DNA of 64,000 bases from Guillardia theta CCMP2712. Its lineage: Eukaryota; Protista; Cryptophyta. Location: the NCBI RefSeq assembly GCF_000315625.1, contig NW_005434644.1, positions 512,998 to 576,997 on the forward strand. Reading direction: 5' to 3'. The stretch's first letter is position 1. Each line of letters begins with the position of its first letter. Of the stretch, positions 11,390 through 24,193 are shown piece after piece. A program made the translations under genes and the position numbers. The notes beneath the pieces are model-generated. The model worked only from the letters and a program-made list of their open reading frames with translations, was not told the origin of the DNA and ran no database searches.

Positions 11390-12516
11390 CTATCGATTCA
11401 GATGAGTGAACTTTGATCCCAAAAAAAAAAAAAATGACTTCATGCAATGAACCGGGCAAACAAACATTTCCAGTTCCATCACGACAAGGTGAGATGTTCC
11501 CCCGAATACATCGAGAGCTCAATTGAGAAATCGCAGGTCTTGGCTGTACAGTCATATACCTCGCCAGTTGAAGTTTCGACATCTTGAAACACTTCCATCC
11601 TTTCACATAAAAATCTTCAAAGTATAGAGGGAGATTTGAAATGACCAGTGCAGCCATACGAGGACGGCGGTCATGCTTTTTAAAAGTATTTTTGTTTGGT
11701 AAAGTTTTTCATCCACTACCCCACCTGTGGTATTTTCTTTCCACCCCACCCCTATTCGGTCATAAACTAATAAACCCACCCTTGTCATCTGCTGTATGAG
11801 GACTTCTAATAAAGGACCACCCACCCATCAAAATCCTCTGTTGTGCGGAGATTTGCAGAATACAGAACATAAAAATTTACCCTACCCACCCATCCAAATT
11901 GCATAAAATCTGGAGAATTTATAAGGTACCCCACCCACTTTCTACTACCTTTATAGAAAATTCCCTGACTGAAAAAATGACCCCACCCCCTGTTTACAAA
12001 GCAACTTTATATACATGTGACATTTTAATAGATGTACCCCCCACCCTGTAGCTGAAGGGAAACTACCCAGGAGGTGGTACAGTTCTGGTAAAAGTCGACC
12101 AACGTGTGAAGAGGAAAAACCTTGAAGGGAGGAGCAACAAACCCAACAAACGAGGTGGGGGGAGAGGAAGGGTTCAGAACGAGAGGAGAAGACCACAGGA
12201 GAGTGAAGATACAGGCAGGAAGGCGGGAAGACTGGCCGCCCGGCAACAAGATCACCAAAGGAGTAAGGGATAAAAACAAACAATTGGAGAGGTTAAAACT
12301 CGAAGCAAGGAGCCAGTAAGCGACAGTGCGGAAGAAAACGCCAAACCAATCTAAATTACATTAGACTACCGTAATTCTGCTTCAATGGGCTAGGCGGAAA
12401 CGCCTTCACAAAATTGCTGCCTAGATCGTGAAAGGCCCTCAAGAAGCAGTAGCGCCGAGCCACATGAAACCTCCTTCCTCTAGCTTCTCCGTCCCTTGCA
12501 ACCCAGCGCCCTAGGA

Positions 12517-15500
12517 ATGCAAGAGATGGAAACTATCATCTCCCCTGAGGACGTCCTGCGACCACATGCCTACGTCGAAGTGACTTCCTCGACGCGAGAG
12601 GAACAGCTCGAAGATGGCGTGCCCATTGACATCGAGCCGAGTGGTCTTGGGGAATCAAGCATCATCGAGGTCAACCACGCGTCTTTCCTAGATGCGTTTG
12701 TGCGCAACTACACCCAGCAGCCCGGTAACTTCATGGACCTTGCCTTGAAGGACAGGCACGTCTACCGTCACGATCCTCTCCTGTCTGTCTTCTCATGGGA
12801 GCCTATCACCGCCTTCATGTCCTCGAGAGCCGGTCAGCTCATCGCTCTGCTCGTGGCCGTGCCTTGGCTGGTGGTGAGGATATACGAGGTCGCAGCTCTC
12901 CGGCAGCAAGACTTCTTCTTCCCAGCCATCAGCTCGGTGCATGTCATCCTAGAGCCGCACGCCATACCCAGCAACGTGTCGTGCGGCTGGGATGCGCGTC
13001 TGGAGCTGCTGAGCTGGTTCTTCCCTCCGCTTGCTCTGCTGATGGCGGGGATCGGAGCAGCCTTGAACAGAGTGCGGTGGGTGAACAAGGTGAGTCAGGC
13101 GGGAGGTCGGGGTGGAGCATGGAGCTGACATGAGGCTTGGGGGGGGCTGCAGATCTTTGTTTTCTTCGGAGCGCTCGACGCGGCCTGCAACATGCTGATA
13201 TTCCTTCGGCTGGAGGTACGGGGCGATTACCACAAGACGATGCTTGGGACACCTTCGTTTCTGTTTCTGCTCGTCGCGGTCAAGGTACGGGAGGGCGGGG
13301 AGCGACGAGCTCCAGGCGGCGGAGGGGGACTGACGGGGGTGCTGTGCAGGACGTGCTTCTGTTCCCCGGGCCGCTCCTGTACAGCGAGTCGTCGGCGATC
13401 GAGCTGGGGCTGCTCTCGAACGTGGTGTACGCGTGTGCAGCAGGGGCGTGGTTGGTGTCGTATCAGAGCATCATCGTGATCATCGTGCTGAGCATGGTCT
13501 TGATGCTGCGACGGGCGCTGGTGTACCGGGGGGAGCGGATGATCGCGGGGGATCGGGCGGCGTTTTGTAGGGAGTGGGAAGGGCTGGCAGACAGGAGCAA
13601 GGAGGCGATCCAGCACCTGTCGGAGCAAGTCAGGGAGTATGCAGCATCTAGGCCCGAGTCTCCTTTAAGTGCAGACGAGACGGCAGGAGACGCTGAGGCG
13701 AGGTCGAGCCTGAGGCAGCTGCACACGCTCTACGGGAGAGGTCGAAGCCTCACAGAGACGGTACAAAAGGGGACGTTTGTGGTAGAGCAGCGATCGGCCG
13801 CGGGGCCGGTCAACAGCCTGGACCAGCTGTACGCGCACGCGGTGCTGATAGAGCCCATCTTCAGGGAGAAGGCGCTGGGGCTTGCGGCGGAGGCCAAGGG
13901 GATGATCCCGCTACGGCTGAGCGCGGATGACAAGAGAGAGTACGTGCGGCTGGAGGACATCCGGGGGGACGTGAGCTTGATGAGACACGTGGAATGGCCT
14001 AGAATCAAGAACGTCGACCGCGCCATCGACAAGATCCTCCGCCTGTGCGATGGGCAGACGTCGAGGCTGCTGGACGTGGTGCGGCAGTGCATCGTCTTCG
14101 AGCAGCTCGAGGACCTGTGCGAGTGTCTGGAGCGGATCCTGGGAGACCCCGAGATCGTGGTGATGAGGATCAAGAACAGGCTGGACCCGAGCTTCGACGC
14201 GCGGACGACGGGGGGGTACAGGGACGTACTTTTGAACCTACGGGTGGTGACGGAGAGGACGAGGGAGCTGGGGGTAGCGGGGCACGTGTGCGAGCTGCGG
14301 CTGGGGGTGATGGGGATGCATGTGCTATCGACACGGGAGCGGCGGCTGCGGTACCGAGGGGTGAAGCAGGTACTGAGGTACGAGAGGGCATGGTGGGCAA
14401 AGCGTGGTACTTGGTCAATGTCGGAGCTGGTAGAGAAAACGAAAATTTCGTCAATCCAAGTCAGCATGAGCCAAGTGTCTGCGTCGTTTGTTTGGAGTCA
14501 AGAAGAGACAATACAGTCTCGATGGATGATGCAGATGTATGAAGCTTTCGATGGATGCACACAGAGCTCTTTCATGAAGTACAAGGGCAAGTACCCGGGG
14601 GGTATCATGGACGAGAAGCTACGAAACATCGTCACCGGGATACAGAATACCATGACCTCGAGCGTCATCTTCTCCTCTAGACCTGTCACCAATGGCCTGC
14701 AAATGTTGACGACGCAGGTCGTGCTTCTTGCCGTCGCAGCGTTCCTGACGTACATGTACTCCCAATCTTCTGATCTCAGCGGATTCCTGCAAAACAAAGC
14801 TACTTCCGTCTATGTCGCAAGATTGCACATACAAGAATACCGCGATCAAGCTCCTCGCGCCTCCATTCCCAGCGCCTCCGTCTCCAACTTCTCTCTCATG
14901 CTTGACAGCTGCAACCAGCGATCTCCGGCGTCCACCAAGACGGTGAACAACACGCTCTACTTCTTCTTCGCTCCGCCGGCGGAGGCCAACGGCTGGCACT
15001 TCAGCCTCAACCCTGACAACCAGCTGGCGGGCTACGACCCGATCGCCTTCAACCTCTCGATACTGGAGCGGCCGGTGGGGAGCGGGGAGGAAGTAGAGAG
15101 TGTGTCGGGGAAGGCGTGGAAGGACTGGACGAGCTTCTCGTGCAGAGAGAGGCCGGGGATGGGAGTGTGCAAGGAGGGCGAGGCGTACAGGGGGGCTCGG
15201 ATGAGTTTCAGCGTTCAGTTTCTACTACCGAAGATAATTGCAACGATCTTCTCCTTTGTTCAGCCTCTTGTATGCGTCTTGGCGGTAGTGACGGCAAGGC
15301 TAGGGTATCGACGGGTACCGAAGACGATGTTCGCGTCCATGTTTCACGTCATTGGTGTGCTCGAAATGTGCTTTTTCGTTGCTAGGGATGACACCACTGG
15401 AACTGCGTTGCTTTGGGGCATTGGGGACTTTTCTTTCGGGATGGTGATCGAGTTTCGAGAGCAGTACACAATGGCTATGCTGCCCTTCTACTGCATCTTC

Positions 15501-16496
15501 ACCTCCATTGGTGGCACCGCGTTCTATACTCAAGGCTTTAGAACGGCTCCTACCGTAAATTACTTCGGGTACAGTAACTACTTGCTACTTGCAGGATGGT
15601 TGTACTTCACCGTAGGTAGAGGATTGCTCGTCCGAAAGGCCTTCAACAACGTCAAGTCGGAGCTTCTCAAGTACAACGACCTCTGGCAGTCTCTCTCTTC
15701 CTCTCAAAACAGCCGCCTGACCCTGGAGCGCATCGGCCAGCTGGTCTCGCAGGTCCAAGTCCCGACCACGCTGGTTCAGAGCCGCGTGCATGACCCCGAC
15801 AGCCCGCTAGAGTCGTCGTCGAGCCCGCTGGAGTGGATGCTGAGGAGGAGCCAGGGCGGGTCCTCCTCGCTGCGTGTGCCGAGCAAGAGCGTGTGGCCGC
15901 TGAGCAAGGACCCGCGGGTGGTGTCGCTAGACCAGCTGTACGCGCAGGCGGTGTTTGCCGACCCGATCTTCCGGAAGAAGGTACAGGAGCTGGCGGAGGA
16001 GTCGAGGGGCTTGTTCCCGGCTCTGCCTTCAGGTAGCGAAGAGTCGGTGGAGTGTATCGGGTGGAGGGAGGCGAAGGAGGACGAGGAGCTTCAGCAGCGG
16101 ATCCGATGGGCGCCGATGAAGAGCGTGGATCGGGCGGTGGAGAAGCTCGTGCGATCCTACAACAACGACGTGTCGAGGCTGCTGGACGTGGTGCGGCAGT
16201 GCATCGTCTTCGAGCAGCTCGAGGACCTGTGCGAGTGTCTGGAGCGGATCCTGGGAGACCCCGAGATCGTGGTGATGAGGATCAAGAACAGGCTGGACCC
16301 GAGCTTCGACGCGCGGACGACGGGGGGGTACAGGGACGTACTTTTGAACCTACGGGTGGTGACGGAGAGGACGAGGGAGCTGGGGGTAGCGGGGCACGTG
16401 TGCGAGCTGCAGCTTCTGGTGAAGGGGTTTATGGATCTGAGGACGACGGAGGGGCACAAGAGGTATGTAGCGTATAGGAACCTGAGATGTGAGTAA
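12517..16496 (+). CDS. Polytopic membrane protein (~1283 aa) with two RelA/SpoT-like nucleotidyltransferase domains
   Basis: Exons 12517-13089, 13153-13284 and 13350-16496 join in frame via GT-AG introns with CTGAC. Two domains carry K.vDRAi.K, LLDVVR, RIKNRL, GGYRDV and GHVCEL(R/Q)L; each follows about six hydrophobic segments. Confidence 0.8.
14060..14298 (+). repeat. 239-bp intragenic direct repeat, copy 1
   Basis: Identical by eye alignment to 16172-16410 (offset 2112, in frame). Confidence 0.92.
16172..16410 (+). repeat. 239-bp intragenic direct repeat, copy 2
   Basis: Identical to 14060-14298. Confidence 0.92.
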
Positions 16497-16939
16497 GTTA
16501 GGTGCCTGAAGATCAGCCCGGCATCATGAAGTTGTAGAAGTGTTGCACAATTTTCATTTCTTGAATGTGATGGCATGGGCTCATACCGTAGTACGAACTC
16601 GACTGATATTAATTTATGGCTCGGTTACTTATATAGTTCATTACGATTGATCGCATGCCAGCCGTGCCGCCAGTCAGATAGCGCCGAGTTAACAAAACTC
16701 TCCTGTAAATCAAGGCGACCGGGCCTTACGTGTTGCGAGGCGGCAATGCAGTACGTCAGACGAAGAGGAGGCCTTCCTAGCCGTCTTGCTAAGGTCCTCT
16801 CATGTCTTTTCACATCCAAGCATACAGTCTATCTCTCATGGCTCTTCAATCCTTGTTTCGTGTGCATTAGATTCGGTACGGTATGTTGCAGCTGAGGTCG
16901 ATATGACTGATATCTGCATTACTTTATACGGGGACTAGT

Positions 16940-17310
16940 CACTTTGGGATACTGAGAGCCCCCCCCGGGGGGGCAGCCTGGCATGACCGTCGGCAACGAC
17001 TCCGCCGAAGTGCTCGCCCGGCCGCCGCGGGCCGTGAGCCTCGAACTTCCGAAGGCTTCCAAAGTTCCGAACGGTTCGGAAACTTGCAGTCACTGAGTGC
17101 CTTGGCAGCGGGGGGCCCTCCCCGGGTGACTACTCGCCGCATCGGTCAGAACTTGCCGCCGCGGGCCCGGCCGGTGACCGTCGCGTGACCGGGTGGCGGC
17201 GGCCGGGCCCGGGCCTGACTCCCAGTGACTCAGTGATGACTGGCATCTCAAACTTGAACTCGAGACTCCTCTCGGATGCAGTACGGTAATCGGACTCCGG
17301 GATGCCAGGG
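16940..17310. promoter_or_regulatory. GC-rich intergenic island
   Basis: Same CCGG/GTCACT/GTGACT vocabulary; upstream of NMD3. Confidence 0.5.
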
Positions 17311-18051
17311 ATCGGACGGACAACAATAAAATTTCAATAAAATTCAGCTTTTGTCTCAACAAAGAAATGCAGGAAAAGGTAGAATTTCAATAAATTTATG
17401 TAACGCTGCGAGGGCACGTGCAAGTATCATAAGCCATAGTGGGGGAGATGGCGGGAGGGGAAGAGACAGAAGAGTTGAGGATGCCGGGGGGGAGAGAAGG
17501 ACATGGTGGAGAGTGGAACAGAGGAAGCTCAAAAGTCGGGGAGAGAAGCTGTAGAATGCAGGGAGAGATGACAGGCAAAGAGTGTGGATCGATTACAGTC
17601 GTAGGAGATATGCTGGTTGAGGATACGATAGAACAATGTAGTGGGAGTAGGAGAGACAAGATGGATGTATGCACGGCCCCGTTGAAGCAGCTTCATGGTT
17701 AGTCATGGCTGCAGTGGAGGAGAGGCTTGTTTGAGTCTGCTAGAGGGTTGAAATACACAGCATCAGAGCAGGTCAAGATGACCTGACGTTGGGCGGTTTC
17801 GACTGCAACTCTTGCCTGAGTGGAGGACGGGAAGATTTGTCTCTCACCTCTGTGACGCAGCCACCGCCTTGGACGACATTGAAGCCTTGAGCTCTTCCAT
17901 CACAGCAAGGAGGCACATTGCAGGCAAACAGTCAAAGATTTGTGGATTACTGAAGTCAGGTTGCTCTAGCGGTTCTCGTCTCCTCCTCCTTCTCCTCCTC
18001 CTCACCTTCTCTGCTCACTCCCTGGGCTTCAGTCCTTCCGACTCTCGCAGG

Positions 18052-20289
18052 ATGTCGTCAGCCATGGATGTCGCATCTGCTCTCGCTCTCGCCGACGTGC
18101 GGGCAGGAGGTGGGCAGCAGCTCATCCCAGGCACGCAGGCTACCGTCCTGTGCTGCATGTGCGGAGTTCCGATGGTTTGGAACCCGTCAAGCATGTGCCC
18201 CAACTGCATCCGAACGCGGGTAGACATCACCGAAGGAATCCCCAAGAGCGTCCCCCTCCAGCGGTGCCGAGCATGCGGCAGGTACCTCAACCCCCCCAAG
18301 GCATGGACCGTGTGCGAGCCGGAGAGCAAGGAGCTCCTGCAGATCTGCCTGAAGAGGGTGAAGGGGCTGAACAAGGTGAAGCTGATCGACGCTTCCTTCA
18401 TCTGGACGGAAGCGCACTCGAAGCGTCTCAAGCTCAAGCTGACGGTGCAGAAGGAGGTCTACAGCGGGGTGATCCTGCAGCAAGTCTTCGTGGTCGAGGT
18501 CGTGATCCACAACTTCCAGTGCACCAACTGCCACATGGTGGCAGCACAGAACACCTGGAGAGCAGCAGTGCAGGTGAGACAGAAGGTGGACCACAAGAGG
18601 ACCTTCTACCTGCTGGAGCAGCTCATCCTCAAGTACAAGGCCCACCAGCAGACGGTGTCGGTGAAGGAGGTGCCGGACGGCATCGACTTCTACTTCCTCC
18701 ACCGCCACCATGCGCTGAAGTTCCAAGACTTTGTCAACACCGTCGTGCCTTGCAGGATGAAGAGCGCGAGCGAGAAGCTGATCTCCGAGGACTTCAACAA
18801 CAACAAGATCAACGCCAAGTACACCTTCTCCGTCGAGATCCTGCCCGTGTGCAAGGACGACATAATCTGCCTGCACCCCAAGCAGCACGACACATTAGGG
18901 AACGTGGGACCGCTCGTGCTCTGCATCGGAGTCACCCAGTCAGTCAAGTTGTTGGACCCCCTGACAATGAAGAGGGCGGAGCTGAGACCGGTAGCCCTCT
19001 CTCCCCGGCTTGCCCCCTCCCTTGTCTCACTGTCGAGCAGGAGATCTTCTACCGCCATCCTCGCGGTGTCCTCATGTCAACAAAGCAAGCAACAGAGTAC
19101 ACCATCATCGACGTCGAGCCCACCGGCCTCGTCAACGGCAAGATGCGGCAGGTGAGAAGCAGTCGGCAGGCATGAGGGGAAAGAGCAGGAGCAGGAGCAA
19201 GTGGGCAGGGGAGTAGAAGAGGATCAGGAGGAGGAGAGGAGGAGAGGAGGAGAGGAGGAGAGGAGGAGAGGAGGAAGTCGCTCATTGAATGGAGCAGGCA
19301 GAGCTCACTCTCGCTCGAACTCGAGATCTTGGAAGCAACGATCAGATCTTTCACTCCCTGACGCATCTTGGGAATGTTCTGCAAGCGGGCGACACCGTGC
19401 TGGGGTACGACCTGACTGCCGCTGTCTTCAACGAGGCCGAGACCAAGGAGTGGCCAAAGCTGCAGCTGCCTGACGTGAGCGTGCTAACTGCTGCAGAGGA
19501 GGGGGAGGCTGACCTGAGTGCTGGTCAGGTGGTGGTGATCAAGAAACTCTACCCCGAGGCGAGGAGGCGCCGACGCCTCTGGAAGCTGCGATCGATCATC
19601 AAGGAGGAGGAGGAAGGGACTTACAAGTCGCTCCACAAGATGGCGGAGCAGGTGGAGCAGGATAGACCTCGGGGGGGGTGAGGGTCTGACGCTTGACTGG
19701 CAGGACTATGAGGAATTCCTGCAGGATGTGGAGACAGATGCCGAGGTCAGGCAGCGCGTCAACGTCTACAAAGATCCTTCCAAGTTCCGCATCACCGACG
19801 ACGGCAAAATCGAGATGCCAACGTGAGTGACTCCTCCTCCTCCTCTACCTCCTCTTCCAGCCCCCACCCCCCACCCGTCCCCCTCTCCCTCCTCCCCTTC
19901 CTTGTCCTTGTTCTCGTCCTTGTCCCCGTCTTCGTAGCTCGCATCATCGCCCTCCTCTTTGCCGCGTCCTTCTCCTCCTCCTCCTCCTCATCCTCATCCT
20001 CCTCCTCCTCCAGACAAACTTCTCACTTGCTTCTCCTCCTCGACCTCTGATCACGTTCGTCTGCATGCTCCTTACTTTGTATGGCAGGAACACCAACGAG
20101 GAGGAGACTGAGGTGCAGGAGGAGGACATGGTTGACCTCGAGGAGATGTTGGACGACTTGGTGCTCGGGGAGGATGAAGAGGAAGCCGTTGGGCAGGAGC
20201 TCAACGACGAGTTTGAGGAGGAGCCAGCCGGGGCTGGGCCTGTCAAGAAGGGGAGGGAAGGAGGAGGAGCTCGCAATGCTCCGTACTAG
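18052..20289 (+). CDS. NMD3: 60S ribosomal export adaptor NMD3 (multi-exon)
   Basis: CCMCG..MCPNCIR..VDITEGIPK; CEPESKELLQICLKRVKGLNKVKLIDASFIWTEAHSKRLK; VQVRQKVDHKRTFYLLEQLILK; HLGNVLQAGDTVLGYDL; C-terminal VDLEEMLDDL NES-like segment. Confidence 0.95.
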
Positions 20290-20457
20290 AGCAAGGGACA
20301 TGGAGGAGGTTTCAACGAGCCCACATTGTCGCCTTATCACGTTTGCAGCTCTAGATGTGCACTTTAATCCAGTAGTTTGTTGTGTCGATTTCTTTAATCT
20401 GCTTGCAAGCAGTCGTACAATGATTCACACACACATTCCCTCCTCCCTGTTGACCCT

Positions 20458-23400
20458 TTAGAGCTCTGAGAGCAGCGGCGTGAAGTTGGTCGGCGTCACT
20501 TCCTGCAGCTTCTCCGTGTGTCTCCCTCGCTTGGCGGCGTTGACGGTCTCGGGCGTTGGAAGACCAGCTGCAGCAGATGGAGAGCCCTCCTGCTCCTGCT
20601 CCTGCTCCTGCTCTTCCCGTCCCCGCACCCTCCCACGAGCCCCCTCATGCTTGTCGCTCCCTCGCGTCTCCTCTGCCATGTGCCTGGACGCCTCCGACCA
20701 TTGAGTACGAGAATCGCTGCGGATCAGCATCGCCTCCTCTACGGAATTTCCCCATCGCGACTCGGCGTCCTCGAGCCCTGAGTAGTTGAGGACAACTCCA
20801 GCTGCCTCCCTCTGCTGGCTTCTCACCTCCCTCTGGTGTTCGGTCAGCACGAGCTTTCTCTTGGCATGAGCTATCTGCACGAACTCTTGCCGGGGGTCGT
20901 CGGAGCCTCCGGCCTTGGCTTCACTGACTGGGGTCGATCGCTTCTTCTCTGCTGAGCTTCTCACGGGCGTTGTATTTCTGCTCCCCTGCTGGGCCAGGAG
21001 GCTTCCTTTTGCTGTCACGGGCCTTGCGGGGGAGAAGCTCAAGCTCTGAGTCAACGTCGCTTCAGCTGTCACCGGGCTCAGGTTCCTCTCGTCCGATCCC
21101 GTGTCTACGTTGACATCTTCTGCGTCAAGCGGCTGGTTGCCAGGAAACGAGACTTTGACACGCTTAGACAGTTTGACAAGGAGCTTCATGAGCGCGTCAT
21201 CGATCTTGAGCAGACTTGTTGACTTGCCGAAGGTTCCGTTCCACGTGTCAAGCGCCTTGTTCTTCAACTGCACGTTGCTCCCTTCCATGGAAACGACGAA
21301 CATGTCAGAAGTTCTCGCCAGCAGCTCGTCAGTCGACGAGCCCCATGGGAAGCAGCGAGCCAGAGCTTGCATCAGCTTACCCCAGACCAGCTCGACCTCA
21401 TCTGCAATTCCAGCAGAGCCATGATGGTGAAGTTGATGGAGTTTGCTGCCAGTTTCATGTCGGTTACAACTTCTCAGACACTGCAGCATCGCCGGCTTGG
21501 CTTGAGTGAGAAAGTTGACGAAATTTTCTGTGCTGCTCATCTGGTCGAGCAAAGGCATGAAGCAGCGCAAACAGGTCTTGAAGAGATTCAGGTTCATCCG
21601 ATCGCTTCCAACAAGGCTAAACCACAACTCGACAACTTTGGTGCATACGGCTGAGATGGGAGCTAGCATGCCTTCAATCCCTGCAGGCCTCGAGCCTTGC
21701 AGCTTGTTAGCATGTTGAACAACCTCGAAACTGTCAGATTCCGTGAAATTCTGAATGATGAAAGACAAGAACTCCATGGGCAGACTTGCATCCGAGATAT
21801 CCATCGCTCTCAAAACCTCTTGTGCAATCTTCTCCGCAGCCGCAAGCTTTGTTCCATGACGTATAATGCTGACGCGCTTCATGTTCACGAACAGGTCCAA
21901 CCACCTTGACTTGAGCAGTTCAAAGGGAGATTTCTCATCAATTCTCACGTCATCGACATCCTTGCTCGACAACAAAGTGAGCATTTGTCCGAGTATGAAT
22001 GCACAGGTTGGAAGCTGCAACTTTGTCTTGGCAGGAGATGCCAACGCACGGACAGAAAAATCGTGTAGGTATCCAAGGTAGGAATCCGTAGCCTTGATCC
22101 AACACAGGACTAAATTCCTCTCCAGCCTTGTTTTCACGTCCCGTGGATGGCTGGACTCAAAGTTCCAGTGCCGCAGCGTCCCGATGGTTTCGAACAGGTT
22201 CCGTAACGACTTAACTTCGGTGGACAGGTGCTGGCACAACTTTTCTAAAGTGAGTCCAACTTGAGACTCGACCTCTGGCGATGAGAACATCGCTAAGATT
22301 ACACTGAGGTATGCCGCCACATTCATTTGTACTGGCTGGAACTTTTCCTTGTCAAGAACGTCACAGATGACCGATGACAAATCGAGCTGCACCATCATAG
22401 TCTTCATCGCATGAACACTTACGCTCTGTCGTGAACAACAATCCAGAACCCGATGCACAGTCAGAAAGGAGGACGATGGAGTAAAATCCTTCTCTTCAAA
22501 AGATTTGACAAGCTTTTTCAACAAAGTGGAACAGAGCTGCTGCATCGCTGTTTTCGCTGATTCCCAGCTTTGGAGCTCGAATTGACCAGATATTGTGTTA
22601 AACAATTTTGCCCATCCTTGTCCAGCTAGTTCTTTGACCTCTTCATTTTGGTCCAAGGTGACAAGGAATAAGAAATCTGAAAAAGCATCGATATTCTTTG
22701 CAAACAAGCTGAATTCCAAAGAGGCTGCACTAGCTACGGAGGTGCCGTTGTTGTCAACACTTTGATCTGATTGCATTTCCATAAGACCCTTCAAAGTTTT
22801 CAAGGCTTCTCCACGAATTCTGCTATCTTTATCCTTGAGGGCTATGGCACACACCGAGGTAAAGGCGACTTCAAAAGTATTGTTTCGTCCCATCCCGTTG
22901 TTCTTGGTGAGCATTTGCACTATTTGTGTCCAGACTCCCATGGCAGACCGGCGGACACGGCTGCTCAAGTCATGTGCAAGAGTGCTTCTGATTGGAGCAA
23001 TTATGAGCTCCAGTCGCTTCGGATGCGCCAACGTTGAATTCATGTCAGAGAAAAGTTTGGCGAGGAACAACCAACTCTTGTAAGCCTCCTGACGTATATC
23101 TGGTGACTGGCATGAGAATGCCATTTGGATGAAATTCACTGCAAGACGAATAAGCACCAAGTCACGTACATGTCAGGGCTCACAATAGTCGTTGATCTTT
23201 CCGCTCTTGACCAGCTTACCACCGAGAAAGCCACAGAGCCAGCCCCATCCTCTGATGTATGATTTGATGGCAGAATCTGGTTTCTCCTTCTGGAGCTCAG
23301 ATTCCACAGCCTTGAGCCTTTGCAGCATCCCCTCAGGCTCCTTCCCGAGGTCCTCGACAGCCTGATCGTTGAGGCGCAATCTCGCAGTGCTGTCCAAGGC

Positions 23401-24193
23401 AAGAAGGAGGTTGGCAATCTTGGGGCAGATACTCAAGGCCTGATTCCTGACTTTTTCATTCTCGTTGAAGAGGCTCGTATAGATCACGTGCAGCCATCCT
23501 CTTGCAAGCTCCTCGTTGCCAACAGCGTTCCTGATGGAAATCTTCTGTGAGACTTGCTCCTGGTACCAGAATCAACAGCTTCATGTCAGAGGGTGTAAGG
23601 AACAACCTGCAATCTTGATATCGCGTTCAGACTCTCTAGCTGAACAACCTTGGATGAAAACGTCGAAGCATTCATTGCGGCTTTGAACATGGCGTCGGCT
23701 GACTTGGAAATCTGTGCAGCACTGAAGTTCTGCATGGAAATAAACCACATGGACAAGACAGCAATGGTCTTGTCTGTGGTTGTCATGGATATCTCACAGA
23801 TCCTCGTGACTGTCAGCTTGACCTGATTTCCAGTGAAACGTGAGCAAAGATCGCTGTTGTGAGCGATGCGCGTCGCCATTTTGATCGCAGCCGACAACAA
23901 GTCTTGACTGGTAGAGGATAGATGAGAGATGATAGTCTCCTGTAATGAGCAAGTACATCAAACATCAATCTCAATCAGGAGACGAATGCTACCAGAACTC
24001 CGTCGAATTGCTTCTTCACTGCTTCACACCACTCTTGGGGTTCAGAGGCTCCTTCGTCCTCCAAAACATTCTTGGATGATTGATCCTCATAATGAGTCTG
24101 CAATCTTTGGTACAGGGACAGAACATCTTGCTCTCCGCTGGTTCTCTTGATAAACTCGGACAGCAATCCAGACAGAGGCTGCTCGGCGCTCAT
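20458..24193 (-). CDS. RIF1: Telomere/replication-timing regulator Rif1 (HEAT-repeat N-terminal domain)
   Basis: Helical HEAT-like ORFs with AFS..SPDIRQEAYKSW..L, KRLELIIAPI, WNGTFGK and the animal Rif1-like LTEHQREV motif. Confidence 0.75.

Noticed and set aside
12496-13128. Separate 210-aa gene upstream of the 1119-aa ORF
   Set aside because: Two canonical in-frame introns link it to the downstream ORF as one gene
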